Shown here one piece after another: positions 32,947-35,920 of a stretch of 35,920 bases of DNA. The number at the start of each line of letters is the position of its first letter. Position 1 is the stretch's first letter. Source of the stretch: Psammoneis japonica (lineage: Eukaryota). The notes beneath the pieces are model-generated. The model was given only the letters and a program-made list of their open reading frames with translations. It was not told where the DNA came from and did not search any database. The DNA is taken from positions 1 through 35,920 of the forward strand of contig QPGO01000379.1 in NCBI GenBank assembly GCA_008632985.1, in the 5' to 3' direction. The position numbers were made by a program, and so were the translations under genes.

Positions 32947-34824
32947 TCACTTTTTGTTTAACTTTTCTTGTTGTTTCTTCCAGCGCTTCAGTTGCTTCTT
33001 TGTCATTCCAGAAGTGTCAACATTACTAGCCGCGGGGTCTGCTGGTGGCGTTAATAGCCTGAGCATACTTCGATCCAATCCAGTCTCCTTATCCCCGTCA
33101 AAGAACTGAACGTCAAAGCCGCCAGCTGATGCTCTCGTCACTGTAGCTGGAAAGAAAGCTCCTCCAAGGTCAGCCTCGACTTGATCTCCACCTTGATGGG
33201 CATTGTAAATGCCCAATTTTCTGGTAGGGCTGTGCTTGCGCTCCCAGTACCCGAGTCATCGGCTGGCTTGCCAGCATACGACCACTCGGTAAGTTGTTGC
33301 TTACTTTCGGTTACCTTATCGTAGAAACGTGGCACTCGAAACACATTCAGTCGACGCATGCGCTCCTCGGTCATTGTTTTTGGTTTGTTTAGATGCGCCG
33401 TCATGGCGTCCTCGGCTTCTCGTGTTCTTCCTTCCTCAATGGCGGCCAAGTACATGTCCCGATGAATGTCAAACAATTCCATACCCTGTTGACGAAGCCG
33501 TTCCATTGTTTCTTTCCAGACGCTACTCGGCACCGCAGCCGCCGTCTCAGGATCGACAGCCTTGCTAATACGCTCTAGTTCAGAGGTTGCTTGGTCCAAC
33601 AGGGCCTTTCCTTGTTCATCACTTTCCAACAGCCCAAGAGGGAGCGCTTCAAACAAATCGTCTCTCACATGAGATGGCAGCATGTTTACCTTTCCAACGT
33701 ATTTGTTTTCTTCGTCACTCATTTGTCCCAAGGCAGAGTCAGAGACGCAGGCGCGACGGAGTGCGAGCCTTCGTGCACTCAGATAGTCGAGATCCCAAAC
33801 GTGAGTTTCAAAGTTAAACGTAAGATGGATGCTGGTATCATTGCTATCCTCGCAGTCCGGATGGACCGTGTCGGTGGTGTGTGGGAAAGCTGCTGGAATG
33901 AACAACACGTCACCAACATCCAGAGTAGTTTCCAACAAGAGCTCACAACCCATCTCTGACTCGAGTGCATAGAGGGGCAGATTGTCCGTCCACTTTCCTC
34001 GCGCATAGCAGTCCGCTGATGGCTTGAGAGACGGGTCTGGTGGCGAATAGACACGCCAGTGCTTCTTTCCAGATGTCTGTACAACCACAACATCCTGACG
34101 ATCTGTATGTGGTGGAGCACTGGTGCGCTTCCCCGATGCCGTCACGTAGAGGTTGGCCGCACACGGAAGACTGGTAGCATCGGTGCACGCCAAGGTGGCA
34201 CGAGCCATCTTTGGAATATGTGCGCCGCATGCATTAAAGATAACAGTACCCTTCTCGAGAGCAGTTTGGACTTCTTCAAAGGTCATCCGAGCCTCTTCAA
34301 ACGAATTTCCACGAGGAGTGGAAACCGATTGAACCGTCCAGCCTTTCCGATTGTCGGTTGATCCTCGATCCGCATCAAAAAGTCTTCGTAACAGCGGTTT
34401 CCAAATCTTCCATCGTAAAGTATCCTTCAACACCTTTATCACTAACATCATGAATACTCTTGATTATATCGGATTTTCTCAATACGAGCGGTTTTCCCTT
34501 GAGTCCAAGCTGAGCTCCTTCCCGCAGAGCAGCAAAAAGAGCATAGAAAGAAATCTCATCCGGCAAATCAAACATGTCTCCCCACTCCTTAGCGGCCTTT
34601 GCATTGGAAGACATCTTTTCCAAAACGTTCTTCTCCAGTGGAGATGTAGCTATCGCATCAGCGGTATTGTCTGATTCTACAGTAGCTCGACGGCACGTAG
34701 TTCGGCTTGCGGCATGCTGCAAAGAAGCAGGTCGTCGTCCAGCGCTTGTCACAACAAACGAGTTGACAAAACGAGTTCTTGTCAGGACCGCCAAAGCGGC
34801 TATCAGTCCAATCAATTTATTCAT
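32947..34824 (-). CDS. JmjC/cupin-4 (RIOX1/NO66-like) oxygenase with predicted plastid-targeting leader and C-terminal Tudor-like domain; frameshifted
   Basis: ANLYVT...SAPPHTDRQDVVVVQTSGKKHWRVY, GDVLFIPAAFPH and SIHLTF. Signal peptide followed by NS-FVV. C-terminal GDQVEADLGGAFFPATV...FDVQFFDGD lies in another frame. Confidence 0.82.
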
Positions 34825-35132
34825 AATACACTAGTTTGTGAATTTTGTTTGTTTGCAGTTGTGGGGGTGGAAGAGGTGGCTGCCGCTAAAAAGAGATATA
34901 ATACGCCATGGCCCATGCTGCGTGCTGCGGCCATCAGCCACATCGCATCGCAGCGGAAAGAGGATCGAGCGACTGGCGGAGGACGGACGGAGCACATCTT
35001 CAGACGTACGACGCACAGCCGTTCTGGCCCGCGCGATCAAGTCGCGCGTTCGCCTGTGCGTGAATAACAGGCGGCGGCGAGAAAAAGAAGCAATGACTAC
35101 GGTACGCAGAGGGCGAAGAAAAAAACAAGACC

Positions 35133-35920
35133 ATGACCGACTTCACCTTCCAAACCAACTGCGGCCATCATGGAACCATTAAGCCTGTGAGGGCTACGGG
35201 CGGCCCTAAAGAGGGTCATTGGATGTGCAAGATCAAGGGGCCAAAAGTGAAAGGCTCGAGTGGGATCAAAACAGTGTATTCACCTCCATGCCTTTCGGAC
35301 GCACAAGAGGCCATTGCCAAGTTTCTGAGAACGCAAGCGTCTCAAGTCGTGTGCTCCTCTCAATCATCTTCATCATTGCACATTGCATCCTCGTCGCCTG
35401 TTGTAAAGAGCGAGTCTGCATATTCCAGCAGTCCATCGCCCTCAAGGCAAGTCAGAGCCGGTAGCGACACTTTGGAACCTTCTCCGAACAATCAAGCAAA
35501 ATGCCGCCAGTGCGGGAAACCGATTCTCAAAGGCGAAATGAGAGTCGGAAAAATGGCTTTTGTTCCTAGGTATCATAGATACAGCCGTTTCTACTACCAC
35601 GAGCGCTGCGTTTCTGCTTCGTTCAAAGCAGATCTTGCGCTGCCTGATCCTCGCATCAAGGAGGAACGGGCTAGACTCCTTCAGAACCGCAAAGGCCTGA
35701 GAGAACGCCTGCGACAATTACGATTGGCCTTTGCGGATAGACTAGATGTGGCACCCTATTGTATCTTCAACGATACCACCTTGGATGACATTACTGTTCG
35801 CCTGCCGCAAACGAAATCACAGCTCATGGCCTGCAACGCGAATTAAGGAGAAGCGGTATCAGAACTTTGGCACGAGTATATTGGCCATTACAAGACTTTA
35901 TAAAGAGGAGAATCAGATGA
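35133..35920 (+). CDS. PARP-type zinc finger plus HRDC domain protein (3' end frameshifted or running off the window)
   Basis: AKCRQCGKPILKGEMRVG...YYHERC zinc finger, then LRERLRQLR...VAPYCIFNDTTLDDITVRLPQTKSQL (HRDC). The alternative frame continues IKEKRYQNFGTSIL. Confidence 0.78.

Noticed and set aside
29624..35920. P450, JmjC and HRDC genes as pseudogenes
   Set aside because: Same pattern of isolated 1-bp frameshifts with intact catalytic motifs. Assembly error is more parsimonious, though not proven.

Overview
Eukaryotic nuclear DNA, most likely a pennate diatom (inferred from compact genes, ~70-150 nt GT-AG introns, a bipartite plastid-targeting-like N-terminus and diatom-style gene content). 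About 14 host genes are present: polyprenol reductase, Nudix hydrolase, diphthamide-synthase-like PP-loop ATPase, a ubiquitin-like::eL41 fusion, two paralogous membrane proteins, prefoldin 3, Rad9, bestrophin-like, GT14 glycosyltransferase, Rad7-like LRR, P450, JmjC and a PARP-ZnF/HRDC protein. They flank two compositionally distinct islands (~4.6-5.6 kb and ~14.25-24.05 kb). The large island is a nested stack: two decayed copies of the 5' end of the neighbouring GT14 gene, a dead hAT transposase, a four-LTR tandem TRIM-like retroelement (5-bp TSD, tRNA-iMet-half PBS, PPT) and, inside that, a 1.8-kb TIR element with an 8-bp TSD. The main signal is that both islands have almost no TpA dinucleotides (stretches of 770-1100 nt with none). 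Internal comparisons (gene vs its copies, repeat unit vs unit, TSD vs TSD) show TpA replaced by TpG or CpA, in addition to ordinary CpG decay. This points to a RIP-like A-to-G (TpA-targeted) hypermutation confined to transposon domains, opposite in direction to fungal RIP. Several host genes carry 1-bp frameshifts that look like long-read consensus errors. All counts and alignments were done by eye.
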